DNA of 64,000 nt from Candidatus Saccharimonadia bacterium (GTDB taxonomy: Bacteria; Patescibacteriota; SICC01), in contig JANWJF010000001.1 of the NCBI GenBank assembly GCA_025449535.1, positions 549,136 through 613,135 on the forward strand, given 5' to 3'. The number at the start of each line of letters is the position of its first letter. The first letter of the stretch is position 1. The notes under the pieces are model-generated. The model was given only the letters and a program-made list of their open reading frames with translations, ran no database searches and was not told where the DNA came from. The position numbers were made by a program, and so were the translations under genes. Below, in pieces: positions 44,711-54,145 of this stretch.

Positions 44711-45232
44711 CTACTTGGGAACCCGAAAGTCTTCAAGGTCGATGATTTCGAATTGGTTTTCTTTCGAATCCCAAATACCAAAACTGGGCTGGCCACTTCC
44801 GGTCCCGGCAATCTCTCCTGGGTTTGCCAGTAGCGTCCCGTTTTCGAGCGTTTCCGTATGTTTGGCATGATCATGTCCATAAAAACTGGCACGGTACTTT
44901 CCGGAAGCTGCCGCGTTCCTGGCCAGTAACGGGAAATGGGTTAGGAAAATCAGACCATCCGGTGTTTCTAGCTCCCGAAATTGGTCAGCAACAATGGAAA
45001 AGTTCTTTGCTGAGCCGAATCTGAGCAGCATTCCCGCTTGCATACCGTCGACGTTGCCCCAGACACATATCCAGTTGATATCCTTGTGCTTGATCATTGC
45101 TTCGACAATGCCACCTGCACAGAAGTCGCCGAGATGAAAGCAGGTTGTAATGCCCTTTTCTCTCATTCCCCGGATAGCCTCTTCTAGGTTGTAGAAATTG
45201 TCGTGGGAATCGGAAATGACACCGTATTGCAT
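44711..45232 (-). CDS. YfcE-type metallophosphoesterase, AT-richer than core
   Basis: ISDSHDN, HLGD, GNVD, YGHDH and NPGE motifs. Confidence 0.9.
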   Translation of the reverse strand: MQYGVISDSHDNFYNLEEAIRGMREKGITTCFHLGDFCAGGIVEAMIKHKDINWICVWGNVDGMQAGMLLRFGSAKNFSIVADQFRELETPDGLIFLTHFPLLARNAAASGKYRASFYGHDHAKHTETLENGTLLANPGEIAGTGSGQPSFGIWDSKENQFEIIDLEDFRVPK

Positions 45233-45333
45233 ATCATCCTAACTATAGTGCAAGCCTTCTTGACGCACCTTATCTGCGGGGTACGATAGGCACGTGAGGG
45301 AGCAAATCGCTTGCTCATTCAGACAAAAAAGCA

Positions 45334-45362
45334 TTGACGGAAAGTCCTTTCTACGCTACAAT
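45334..45362 (+). promoter_or_regulatory. sigma70 promoter
   Basis: TTGACG-17nt-TACAAT. Confidence 0.7.
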
Positions 45363-45381
45363 GCCTCAACCTGAAGAACCC

Positions 45382-45720
45382 ATGAACAGCTTTCAACTCC
45401 AGGAACTGATCAAGAACGTGCAGACGATGATGCGCTGTCCGAGCTGTGGCGCGAATTATTCCGAGGGTCATATCCACTTCCTGGGCCAGCTCGACATGGC
45501 CGCGCTGATCCAGCTCGATTGCGAGAGCTGCGGGTTGCCGGTGATGGCCACGATCGTGGTCTCCGGCAAGGAACAGACGCCGAAGCTGCTTTCCGACGTG
45601 AGCAAGGAAGACCTCAAGGGCAGGCACGCCAAGGAACCCGTCACTTCCGACCACGTAGTCGATGCCCACCAATTCCTGAAGGAATTCGACGGGAACTTCG
45701 AGAAAATCTTCAAGGCGTAA
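45382..45720 (+). CDS. Zinc-ribbon protein
   Basis: CPSC and CESC pairs; C-terminal HQFLKEFDGNF; start set downstream of the promoter. Confidence 0.75.
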   Translation: MNSFQLQELIKNVQTMMRCPSCGANYSEGHIHFLGQLDMAALIQLDCESCGLPVMATIVVSGKEQTPKLLSDVSKEDLKGRHAKEPVTSDHVVDAHQFLKEFDGNFEKIFKA

Positions 45721-45789
45721 AATCTACAGCAGGAACGGTCCCTAAGCCTTGACTAAAAGGCAAAATTCTGCTATGTTACGCCATTAATC

Positions 45790-46110
45790 ATGGGTGATTC
45801 GGAAAAAGCAGAACCTGCGGGGCTAGCCCCTCACGTAGCCGGCGAGACCGGCGAGGATCCGGTCGAAGCCGTGCTCCGGGGAGAGGAGCGCGACTTGGCG
45901 CTCGAAACGGTGCTGCGTATGCACGAGGAAGGCGCCCTGGATGACCGCCAACTGGCAGTACTTGAAGCCCGGTTCAGGGACGAAAAAGGGTACGAGGAAA
46001 TCGGCAGCAAACTCGGTCTGACCGGACCGACGGTTAGTCAGATAGAGCAGGGCGCGCTGAGCAAAGTCGGCGCCGTGCTTCGGCATACCGGCTACTTTGA
46101 TTCACATTAA
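45790..46110 (+). CDS. Stand-alone sigma70 region-4 HTH protein
   Basis: LDDRQLAVLEARF...YEEIGSKLGLTGPTVSQIEQGALSKV; promoter TTGACT(45749)-17nt-TATGTT(45772). Confidence 0.8.
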   Translation: MGDSEKAEPAGLAPHVAGETGEDPVEAVLRGEERDLALETVLRMHEEGALDDRQLAVLEARFRDEKGYEEIGSKLGLTGPTVSQIEQGALSKVGAVLRHTGYFDSH

Positions 46111-46164
46111 GTCCGTAGGCACGATTCGCTGACCGTGGTGCCGCTTTTACGGTACCGTAAAGGT

Positions 46165-47250
46165 ATGTCCGAATCGGCACAATCCGAAGAGAAACGGATC
46201 GCGGTCTTTGGCGCTGGATTTACCAGCGCAGTAGCGGCGCGGATTATCAATCATCATCCAGAGCTTAGGCTTGCCGTGGTAACCAGCCGTAGCCATGCGG
46301 GTGGTCGGTTTGATTGGATGTCCCAAGATTGGGCTGTTCCGCTGCGTGGGGTGCCGGTCAACTTGGAGCATCCGTCGAATGTACTCGAGGATCCGGAAAG
46401 CTGGCGTCTGGATGGCGCGCTCGTGACCTACGCGGGCGCCGAGAGCATCGAAGCAGTGGCAAGTCTACGGGAAGTAGACGTGCCGGTAGTCCACCTGGGC
46501 GGCGATTTTCGGCTACGTGATCCGGAAGTGCGCCGCGAGCAGTACGGGAGCAATCCGGAAGTGGACGAACTGCTCGCTAATGGAAGCGTTGCCTACGGGC
46601 TCACAGAACTATATCGGGCTGAGATCGATCAGGCGGAGATAGTTGCGAATCCCGGCTGCTACCCGGACGCGTCCGTTCTTGGTCTCGCTCCGCTGGCGCG
46701 CGAGGGACTAATTGAGTCCGTGCACATCGAGGCATACTCCGGAACCTCGGGCGGTGGGATCGAGAAAGCCGCGGAGTACCGGTCCGCGAGCGAAGACATC
46801 ATCAAGTATGGAGAAAACGGCCATCGGCACGTGCCGGAGATCGAACAAGAACTGGCTGCGCTTGGTTCTGCCTGTACGGTCGAGTTCCGACCGCATGCCA
46901 TCAAGGATGTCTTCCAGGGAATGAGCGTCAGTTGCACCGTGACCTTGAATCGTGACGCATTTCCGGACGAGATCGAAGCGCTTTACCGGGATGCATATCG
47001 GGATGAGCCATTCGTCGAAGTGGTTAGTGGCCCGAGTCCGGTCACCATGGATAACGTTCGGGAAACGAATCTCTGTCGCATGTACGTGGCTCCGCTGCAA
47101 GCCGGGGAAGGTACCAAGTTCTCGGTCAAGGTCGTGATCGACAACCTCTGGAAAGGCGCTTCCGGCCAGGCGGTCCAGAACCTCAACCGTATGCTCGGCT
47201 TGCCGGAAGAAACCGGTTTAGAATTCTCGCTCATGTCATCCCGAACGTAG
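46165..47250 (+). CDS. argC: N-acetyl-gamma-glutamyl-phosphate reductase (ArgC/LysY-like), divergent
   Basis: YGLTELYR, VANPGCYP, SGTSGGG, HRHVPEIEQEL and DNLWKGASGQAVQNLN motifs. Confidence 0.88.
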   Translation: MSESAQSEEKRIAVFGAGFTSAVAARIINHHPELRLAVVTSRSHAGGRFDWMSQDWAVPLRGVPVNLEHPSNVLEDPESWRLDGALVTYAGAESIEAVASLREVDVPVVHLGGDFRLRDPEVRREQYGSNPEVDELLANGSVAYGLTELYRAEIDQAEIVANPGCYPDASVLGLAPLAREGLIESVHIEAYSGTSGGGIEKAAEYRSASEDIIKYGENGHRHVPEIEQELAALGSACTVEFRPHAIKDVFQGMSVSCTVTLNRDAFPDEIEALYRDAYRDEPFVEVVSGPSPVTMDNVRETNLCRMYVAPLQAGEGTKFSVKVVIDNLWKGASGQAVQNLNRMLGLPEETGLEFSLMSSRT

Positions 47251-47306
47251 TAAGGGATCTGTAAGGTCAGTGATTTCTCAGATTCCTCGCGTTGCTCGGA
47301 ATGACA
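47234..47306. repeat. REP-like palindromic element (TGTCAT...ATGACA type) overlapping the argC stop
   Basis: TGTCATCCCGA/TCGGAATGACA outer arms and GGGATCT/AGATTCC inner arms. Confidence 0.7.
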
Positions 47307-47352
47307 AGGTGACTGGAGCGAATCGTCAGATAACGCTATCATTGACTGACGT

Positions 47353-48087
47353 ATGGCTGATTACACGCTCAAAGCGGAACCGCGCGAAGAAACCGGCAAG
47401 CAGGTCGGTCGGCTGCGCCGTGACGGCAAGGTGCCGGCGGTGCTCTACGGCCACGGCGTGAAGCCGCGGAACCTGACGTTGGTGCGCGGCGAGCTGGAGC
47501 GCGTCTACCACAAGGCGGGCGGCTCGACCGTGGTCGGGATCAAGTTGGACAAGGGCGAGGAGAATGCGCTGATCCAGGAGGTCCAGCACGACCCGCGGAC
47601 CGGCCGGTATCTGCATGCGGATCTCTACCGCGTCCGGATGGACGAGAAGATCAAGGCGACCGTGCCGCTGGCGTTCGAGGGCACCGCTCTGGCTGTCCGC
47701 GAGCTCGACGGTACGCTGCTGACCAACCTCAACGAGGTCGAGGTCGAGTGTCTGCCGGGCGACCTGCCGTCCGAGATCGTAGTGGACGTCGGGACGCTGA
47801 AGACGTTCGAGGACTCGATTACCGTAGGAGACCTGAAGGTCGCATCCGGCGTGGAGATCCACGCCGAGGAAGACGCCAGCGTCGCGACGGTGACGCCGCC
47901 GCGTACTCAGGAGGAACTCGAGGCGCTCGACGAGGAAGATACCGAGGGCAAGGTCGAGGATACCGAGGTCGAGGGTGCGGACGAGGAAGGTGCCGAAGGC
48001 GAGGGCGAAGGCGAAGACGCCGGTGGCGACGATCAATCAGACGATCAAAAATCGGACGAAAAGTCCGACGACAAGAAGAAGGAGTAG
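47353..48087 (+). CDS. rplY: 50S ribosomal protein L25/Ctc with acidic tail
   Basis: LRRDGKVPAVLYG, QHDP...HADLY and EVECLPGDLP motifs. Confidence 0.95.
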   Translation: MADYTLKAEPREETGKQVGRLRRDGKVPAVLYGHGVKPRNLTLVRGELERVYHKAGGSTVVGIKLDKGEENALIQEVQHDPRTGRYLHADLYRVRMDEKIKATVPLAFEGTALAVRELDGTLLTNLNEVEVECLPGDLPSEIVVDVGTLKTFEDSITVGDLKVASGVEIHAEEDASVATVTPPRTQEELEALDEEDTEGKVEDTEVEGADEEGAEGEGEGEDAGGDDQSDDQKSDEKSDDKKKE

Positions 48088-48088
48088 C

Positions 48089-48391
48089 TTAGCTGCCGAT
48101 GCGATACGCCGGCTTCACGCCGAGCAGATCGCCGAGCATGTAGGCGACGACCAGGTAGGCAAGGAAGATCAGGATCAGGCCGAGCACGGCGTAGAGCACG
48201 GTGTTCCGGGCCTTCTCGACGCCTTCCGCGTTGCCCATCGAGACGATGAACCGGAAGCCGCCGATGATGATGAACAGCAGCGCCACGGCCCCCGCCCAGA
48301 GCAGGAGGGCATTGATGACCTGCGCGAAGACCTCGCTCATATCCGTGGCGGTCAGGGGGTTGGGGACGATTGGTGCGGTAAGTAGTTCCAT
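48089..48391 (-). CDS. TrbC/VirB2-type pilin
   Basis: GAVALLFIIIGGFRFIVSMGNAEGVEKARNTVLYAVLGL pattern. Confidence 0.85.
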   Translation of the reverse strand: MELLTAPIVPNPLTATDMSEVFAQVINALLLWAGAVALLFIIIGGFRFIVSMGNAEGVEKARNTVLYAVLGLILIFLAYLVVAYMLGDLLGVKPAYRIGS

Positions 48392-48489
48392 CGAGTTTGG
48401 ATTCTACCGGATTGGCGCCGAATAGGCGAGCGTTATCTCGCTGGTTCAGCGTTTTTCACGGCTTCTGAACATATCGCAGATTCGCCGCG

Positions 48490-48530
48490 TTGACAAGCGG
48501 GTAAGCGAGCGACTATAGTAGTAAGCGAGC
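48490..48530 (+). promoter_or_regulatory. sigma70 promoter with operator-like direct repeats
   Basis: TTGACA-18nt-TATAGT; GTAAGCGAGC at 48501-48510 and 48521-48530. Confidence 0.65.
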
Positions 48531-48591
48531 TACCATAAGGTGGCCGGAGGGCGGGGGGCAATCGGGACATGGGTTTCCTTTAGACATACGC

Positions 48592-49278
48592 ATGAAGAAG
48601 CTACTTTTAATCCTGGCCTTGGTCGTACTGCCGCTGCCGGTCGCCGCGGCCGACCCTTCTCCTTCGCCGAACGCCACGCCGGTTCCCAAGCCCGTGGGCG
48701 GCGAGGTACGGATCAATGAGTTCCTGCCGAATCCCGAAGGAGCCGATTCCGGCAATGAATGGGTGGAACTGAAGAACGTCAGCAGCAAGACGCTCGACGT
48801 CGGCGGTCTGAAGCTGAAGCGCCAATCGGGGACCACCTTGGTGACGGTCCCTGCCGGGACCGTGCTGGAGCCGGGAGGGATCCTCTCCCAGAGCGCATCC
48901 AGCAGCATGACGAACGGCGGCGACACGATCGAATTGTGGGCGGACACGGTCCTGATCGACCAGGTGACGTATGACGTCGCGGAGGACGGGATGGCCTGGA
49001 CCCGTCTTGGCACCGGCGAAGGGGCCTGGACGGATGTACCTACCCCGGGCGAGGAGAATCCGGCCGAGGTGCCGGCAGGGACGCCGGATACCGGCACGGC
49101 CGCCGACCCGACCAGCGCTACCACCCGGGCACCGGTCGTCGGCAGCAGCAGCGTAGCCCGGCGCACCGCCACGGCGCCCGCCAAGCGAGGACCGCTGCCC
49201 AAATCCGGACCCGACGCCTGGCCGTACGTCCTGCCCGTGTTGCTCGCCACCCTCTATGCTTATAAGGCAGGCATATGA
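48592..49278 (+). CDS. Secreted lamin-tail-domain protein with LPxTG-like C-terminus
   Basis: Signal peptide; INEFLPNP...EWVELKN and PTPGEEN motifs; LPKSG followed by a hydrophobic tail. Confidence 0.8.
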   Translation: MKKLLLILALVVLPLPVAAADPSPSPNATPVPKPVGGEVRINEFLPNPEGADSGNEWVELKNVSSKTLDVGGLKLKRQSGTTLVTVPAGTVLEPGGILSQSASSSMTNGGDTIELWADTVLIDQVTYDVAEDGMAWTRLGTGEGAWTDVPTPGEENPAEVPAGTPDTGTAADPTSATTRAPVVGSSSVARRTATAPAKRGPLPKSGPDAWPYVLPVLLATLYAYKAGI

Positions 49279-49724
49279 TTTCCATGGTCACGAACTCGCC
49301 GGAAGAGACGAAGGAACTGGGGCGCCGCTTGGCGGAATCGCTCGATGGCGGTGAGAACCTGCTGCTGGTCGGCGACCTCGGTGCGGGAAAGACAGCGTTC
49401 GCGCAAGGGCTGGCCCAGGGGCTCGGTGTCACCGAGCCGGTGAAGTCGCCGACCTACACGTACCTGCGGGAATACGACCTGCCGAACCGGTCCACGCGGT
49501 TGGCCCACTTCGACCTCTACCGCCTGCCGGACCGGCCGACGGAAGCGGAACTGCGTTCGATAGAACTTCCGGAACGGCTGGCCGACCGGAACGTGATCAC
49601 GGTCATCGAATGGGCGGACAAGCTGCGCGAACAAGGCGGCACCTGCTGGACCCTCGAGTTCTCCGTTGCCGAGGATGGCAAGCGCGACATCCGGATCCCG
49701 AAGGCATTGAAGCGGGCGATTTGA
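49275..49724 (+). CDS. tsaE: tRNA t6A biosynthesis ATPase TsaE
   Basis: GDLGAGKT, SPTY, HFDLYRL and IEWAD motifs. Confidence 0.96.
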   Translation: MISMVTNSPEETKELGRRLAESLDGGENLLLVGDLGAGKTAFAQGLAQGLGVTEPVKSPTYTYLREYDLPNRSTRLAHFDLYRLPDRPTEAELRSIELPERLADRNVITVIEWADKLREQGGTCWTLEFSVAEDGKRDIRIPKALKRAI

Positions 49725-50140
49725 TGAGGCGCTTCCTGTTGATCGACACCGCCGCGGAACCGTCTGCCATCGCGCTGGCGACCGCCCGGAAGGTCCTGGC
49801 CGAGTCGACGGTAACGAACCGCAAGCGTCTATCGGAGGAACTGCTGGCCCGGATCGACACGCTCTGCGGCGAATCAAGCACGCCACTCAAGGAGCTTTCC
49901 GCGATCGGCATCGTCAGCGGGCCGGGACCGTTCACGGCGCTCCGGATCGGCACGGCGGTCGCCAACGCCTTGGGGTACGCCCACAAGCTTCCGCTGGTCC
50001 CGGTCGGAGGCGACGAGGTACCGTCCCTGCCGGCGTTCGCCAAGCTGGTGGCGGAGAAGCTGGACAAGCGCGAGACGGTCGGCGCGGTCCTGCCGAACTA
50101 CGGCCGCGAACCGTCGATCACGCCGCCGAAGAAAAAGTAA
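49724..50140 (+). CDS. tsaB: tRNA t6A biosynthesis protein TsaB (short form)
   Basis: LLIDTA and GPGPFTALRIG motifs; follows tsaE. Confidence 0.9.
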   Translation: MRRFLLIDTAAEPSAIALATARKVLAESTVTNRKRLSEELLARIDTLCGESSTPLKELSAIGIVSGPGPFTALRIGTAVANALGYAHKLPLVPVGGDEVPSLPAFAKLVAEKLDKRETVGAVLPNYGREPSITPPKKK

Positions 50141-50151
50141 ACTGCCAGCGC

Positions 50152-52110
50152 CTACTTCGCGTTACCCGAGACCCGGTACACATCGATCGGGCCGGTCGGG
50201 GAATCGAACCGTTCCCAGCGCGGATACCGTTCCGCGAAGTACGCCTCGTCCACCTCATACCCTTCGTCGGCCCGCTCGGACGGGCCGATCATGACGTAGT
50301 CGGTCCCGTACTGCTTCAGCAACGCGGGGGTCTCGGGGTCGCCCTCGTAGATCCTGGTGACGTCGAGCTCGCGACCTTTGTAGTCCAGGCCGTAACTCCA
50401 GAGCCAGCCGGTATAGCCCAACACCAGGCTTCGTCCGGCCAGCGCCCCGACCGGGTTGTTGATCACCTGCGAGGTCAGCCAGACGGAGTCCGGCGCCGAA
50501 CGTTCCCGGACGGTCTCGGCGATCCGTCCGCCCACCGGGTCGAACATCAACGCCCGGTAATGGTTGGGCGGGACCGTCTTGGCGACGTCCCCGATGCCGG
50601 CCAGGATCAGGAAGGGGAACAGGACGGCGACGCCGGCCCGGGCCCAGCCGCCCCGCTCGAACAACCAGACCAACAGCGCGGCCACCGCGGGGATGCTCAT
50701 CAGCAGCCAGTAGACGAGCAGCTTGGTGTTGTCCCAGTCCCAGGGCTGGAAGACGTAGAGGTTCGCGACCAGCCAGACGATCGCTCCGGCCCCGGTGAAC
50801 TGCAGCAAAAGCGGGTTGCGCTTCCGCAGCCACCAGAACGAGACCAGGAGCAGCGGCAGGAACAGACCTGCGTTCTTCAGCCAAAACCAAGGCAGGAACT
50901 CGCCATGGGCCGTCCAGCCGAGCTGGTACCGGAAGAAGAGGTACGATCGTACGCCGGAGGAAACCCAAAGTACCTGTGGCAGCGCCAGGAGCAGGATCGG
51001 GACGATGAAGTAGAGCCATGGCCCCAGCTGGGCCAACCGCCGCTTCCGCCGCCCGGCCAGCCGGCTCCAGGTGAAGACCACGAGTCCCGGCGTCAGCAGG
51101 CCGAGGAAGACCAGCGAATGGGTGTGGACCAACGGCAACAGCGCGCCGAGCAGTCCGGCGGCCAGGAACGGCTTGCGGGGGTCCCGGCCCTTCAGGCCGG
51201 CGTAGAGGAGCGAGAGGATCGCCAGGGTCAACGGCAGGCCGAACAGGAAGGCGCGCTGCGGGACCAGGTACGCGAAGATCGGGTTGATGAAGTTGATGTT
51301 CGAGAACGGCTCGCCGCTGCCGGTGGACGTGTAGGAATTGGGTATCTTCGCCAGGAAGGTCCCAAGCGATTGGTGCGCGTCGACGAAGTCGACGATCAGG
51401 TTCACGAAGCCGAGCCCGCCGAAGAGATAGAAGAGGACGGCGCCGGCGACCATCGCCTTGGGGCCGACGGTCAGCCGCAGGAAGGCCATGAGCAACCCCA
51501 GGCCGCAGACGATCAGCAGGACGCCGGGGACCTTCATGGCGGCGGTCAGGCCGATACCGCCGACGGCCAGCATCGCCGAGACGAAGTTCGTGAGCAGCGG
51601 ATAGGTGATCTTCTGACCGGCCAGCGCCGTCTGCTCCGGCGGGAAGTTGTCACCGTGGATGAAGCTGGTCGTCTGGGCGAGGTGCTGGTTCCAGTCGCCC
51701 CAGACGTTGCCGAACCCCGCATAGATCGAACCTCCGTCCTCGAACAGCGCCCGCCACATGATCGTCGAAAGCAGTGCCGCCAGCGCCAGGAACGCGAGCG
51801 CCCCCAACCTGAACCACCGGCCCCGCCAGCGCTTCCGGAAGTCCTTCGCCTCGGATGCGACCTGGTCGGGGATACCGGACCGCCAGCCGATCGCCAGGGC
51901 CCCGGCTGACAGCAGGGCGCTCGGGACGGCCACGGCCGCCGCGGACATCCCGAACAGCAGCGCCCAGACGAACCCGAGCAGGCCGCCGACGGCCAGCCCG
52001 ACCGGGATCCCGGCGAACACCCGTTCCTCGATCCGGAACTTGATCGGCAACAGGCAGGCGACGCAGGTCCCGAACGCGGCCGCGCTGATCAGGAATAGGA
52101 CGGAAAGCAT
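50152..52110 (-). CDS. Large polytopic membrane protein, probable GT-C glycosyltransferase
   Basis: More than 12 TMs; WGDWNQH in the first loop; C-terminal soluble domain with YVMIGPSER. Confidence 0.7.
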   Translation of the reverse strand: MLSVLFLISAAAFGTCVACLLPIKFRIEERVFAGIPVGLAVGGLLGFVWALLFGMSAAAVAVPSALLSAGALAIGWRSGIPDQVASEAKDFRKRWRGRWFRLGALAFLALAALLSTIMWRALFEDGGSIYAGFGNVWGDWNQHLAQTTSFIHGDNFPPEQTALAGQKITYPLLTNFVSAMLAVGGIGLTAAMKVPGVLLIVCGLGLLMAFLRLTVGPKAMVAGAVLFYLFGGLGFVNLIVDFVDAHQSLGTFLAKIPNSYTSTGSGEPFSNINFINPIFAYLVPQRAFLFGLPLTLAILSLLYAGLKGRDPRKPFLAAGLLGALLPLVHTHSLVFLGLLTPGLVVFTWSRLAGRRKRRLAQLGPWLYFIVPILLLALPQVLWVSSGVRSYLFFRYQLGWTAHGEFLPWFWLKNAGLFLPLLLVSFWWLRKRNPLLLQFTGAGAIVWLVANLYVFQPWDWDNTKLLVYWLLMSIPAVAALLVWLFERGGWARAGVAVLFPFLILAGIGDVAKTVPPNHYRALMFDPVGGRIAETVRERSAPDSVWLTSQVINNPVGALAGRSLVLGYTGWLWSYGLDYKGRELDVTRIYEGDPETPALLKQYGTDYVMIGPSERADEGYEVDEAYFAERYPRWERFDSPTGPIDVYRVSGNAK

Positions 52111-52197
52111 ACTTGTTCAGGGTACCGCGCCCGCTGACCCCCGGCGAGCCTCCGCCAGGGTGGTATAGTGGAACGGAAATGATAACGGTACACAGGT

Positions 52198-53715
52198 ATG
52201 GACATTCCGTTGCTGCTAGTAGCCGCCGGGGTCGGAATCGGCGTCGGTTATGCGATTTTTGCGAATCGCGGCAAGGGCGAGCACGAGCGGGCCAAGGTCA
52301 AGGCTGACAAGGAGCTCGCCGAAGCCCAGGCCAAGGCCAAGGAACTGACGCTCAAGGCGCAGGAAGACGTCCTGCGTGCCAAGGAATCCGCCAAGCAAGA
52401 GGAAGCCGACCTGCGCAAGCGCCTGGAGGCATCCGAGTCGCGCGTGGCCGCGCGTGAGCAGACGCTCGACCAGAAGGAGAAGCAGCTCGACGGGAAGCGC
52501 GAGCAGCTTGATGCCGACCGCGAACAGGTCCGGAAGCTCAAGGACGAAGTCGAGGAAGTGAAGCAGCGCCAGGTGGCTAACCTGGAGAAGGTCTCCAAGC
52601 TGACCCAGGCGAAGGCCAAGGACGTTCTCCTGAAGATGGTCGAGAAGGACTTCTCCTCCGAGCTGGCCCGCCGGGCGAAGGAGATCGAGGACAAGGCGAA
52701 CGAGGAGGCCGAGGTGCGGGCCAAGAAGATCATCGCCCAGTCGATCCAACGGTACGCCGCCGACCAGTCCGCCGAGCTCACCGTGACCACGGTGAAGATC
52801 CCGAACGACGACGTGAAGGGGCGGATCATCGGCAAGGAAGGCCGGAACATCCAGTCCTTCGAGAAGGCCACCGGCATCGACATCATCGTCGACGACACGC
52901 CGGACACCGTGGTGATCTCCGGCTACAACCCGGTGCGCCGCCAGATCGCCCGGATCGCGATGGAGAAGCTGGTCGCGGACGGCCGGATCAACCCGTCGCG
53001 GATCGAGGAAGTCGTAAAGAAGGCCGAGACGGAAGTGAACCAGATCACCAAGAAGGCCGGCGAGGATGCGCTGTACGAGCTGAAGCTGTCCGGCATCAAC
53101 CCGGACCTTACCAAGTTGCTCGGCACGATGAAGTTCCGGACCTCGTACGGCCAGAACATCCTCAAGCACTCCGTCGAGGTCAGCTTCATCGCCCAGATGC
53201 TGGCCGGCGAGCTGAAGGTCGACGCCACCAAGGCCAAGCTGGCCGGACTCTTCCATGACATCGGCAAGGCCGTCACCCACGAGGTCGAAGGACCGCACGC
53301 GTTGATCGGCCGCGACATCTGCAAGAAGTACGGTCTGCCCGAGGACGTCTGCCACGCCGTCGGCGCCCACCACGAGGACCTGCCGATCGAGTCGACGCTC
53401 GACATCATCACCCAGGTGGCGGACGCGATCTCCGGCGCCCGCCCGGGTTCACGACGCGAGAGCTTCGAGCAGTACGTCAAACGGCTAACCGAACTGGAGA
53501 ACGTCGCCAACGGATTCGACGGCGTCGAGAAGGCGTACGCGATCCAGGCCGGCCGCGAGGTACGGGTCATCGTGAAGCCCGAGGAAGTCGACGACCTCTC
53601 GACGCTAAAGCTGGCCAAGGACGTCGCCCGGAAGATCGAGAAGGAAATGACCTTCCCGGGCCAGATCACCGTTAACGTACTCCGCGAGACCAAGGCGACC
53701 GAGATCGCGAAGTAG
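52198..53715 (+). CDS. rny: Ribonuclease Y
   Basis: N-terminal TM, coiled coil, KH (KGRIIGKEGRNI) and HD (HDIGKA) domains. Confidence 0.97.
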   Translation: MDIPLLLVAAGVGIGVGYAIFANRGKGEHERAKVKADKELAEAQAKAKELTLKAQEDVLRAKESAKQEEADLRKRLEASESRVAAREQTLDQKEKQLDGKREQLDADREQVRKLKDEVEEVKQRQVANLEKVSKLTQAKAKDVLLKMVEKDFSSELARRAKEIEDKANEEAEVRAKKIIAQSIQRYAADQSAELTVTTVKIPNDDVKGRIIGKEGRNIQSFEKATGIDIIVDDTPDTVVISGYNPVRRQIARIAMEKLVADGRINPSRIEEVVKKAETEVNQITKKAGEDALYELKLSGINPDLTKLLGTMKFRTSYGQNILKHSVEVSFIAQMLAGELKVDATKAKLAGLFHDIGKAVTHEVEGPHALIGRDICKKYGLPEDVCHAVGAHHEDLPIESTLDIITQVADAISGARPGSRRESFEQYVKRLTELENVANGFDGVEKAYAIQAGREVRVIVKPEEVDDLSTLKLAKDVARKIEKEMTFPGQITVNVLRETKATEIAK

Positions 53716-53716
53716 A

Positions 53717-54145
53717 ATGTCCGGCCATAACCAACTCGTGCTCTTCGAAGGAAAGCACTGGCGGGTGCAGCTGCATCACAACCAGAGCTACCTCGGACGC
53801 TCCAAAGCGATACTAAAACGCGAGCTCCTGGACCCACTCGAATGTACCGCCGAGGAACGCGACGAGCTTTGGGAAGAGATACTCCCCAAGTATCGGCAGG
53901 CAGTAAACGCTGCGTTCAAGCCCATCAGAATCAACTACGCCCACCTGGCGAACGCGGACCTGCAAGTGCATTGGCACCTCGTCCCGCGTTATGAGGATCC
54001 GAACGACCGGACATTCGAAGGAATCACGTTCGTAGATACAAATGTTGGACACAACTTCGCGCCACATCCGGACGTTCCTGATGGCGCGACGGACGAGCTG
54101 GTCCAGGCAATCCGTGTGGCGTTGAAAAACCATCTACCGGCGTGA
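53717..54145 (+). CDS. HIT family protein
   Basis: QSYLGR...RINYAHLAN...VHWHLVPRY. Confidence 0.85.
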   Translation: MSGHNQLVLFEGKHWRVQLHHNQSYLGRSKAILKRELLDPLECTAEERDELWEEILPKYRQAVNAAFKPIRINYAHLANADLQVHWHLVPRYEDPNDRTFEGITFVDTNVGHNFAPHPDVPDGATDELVQAIRVALKNHLPA

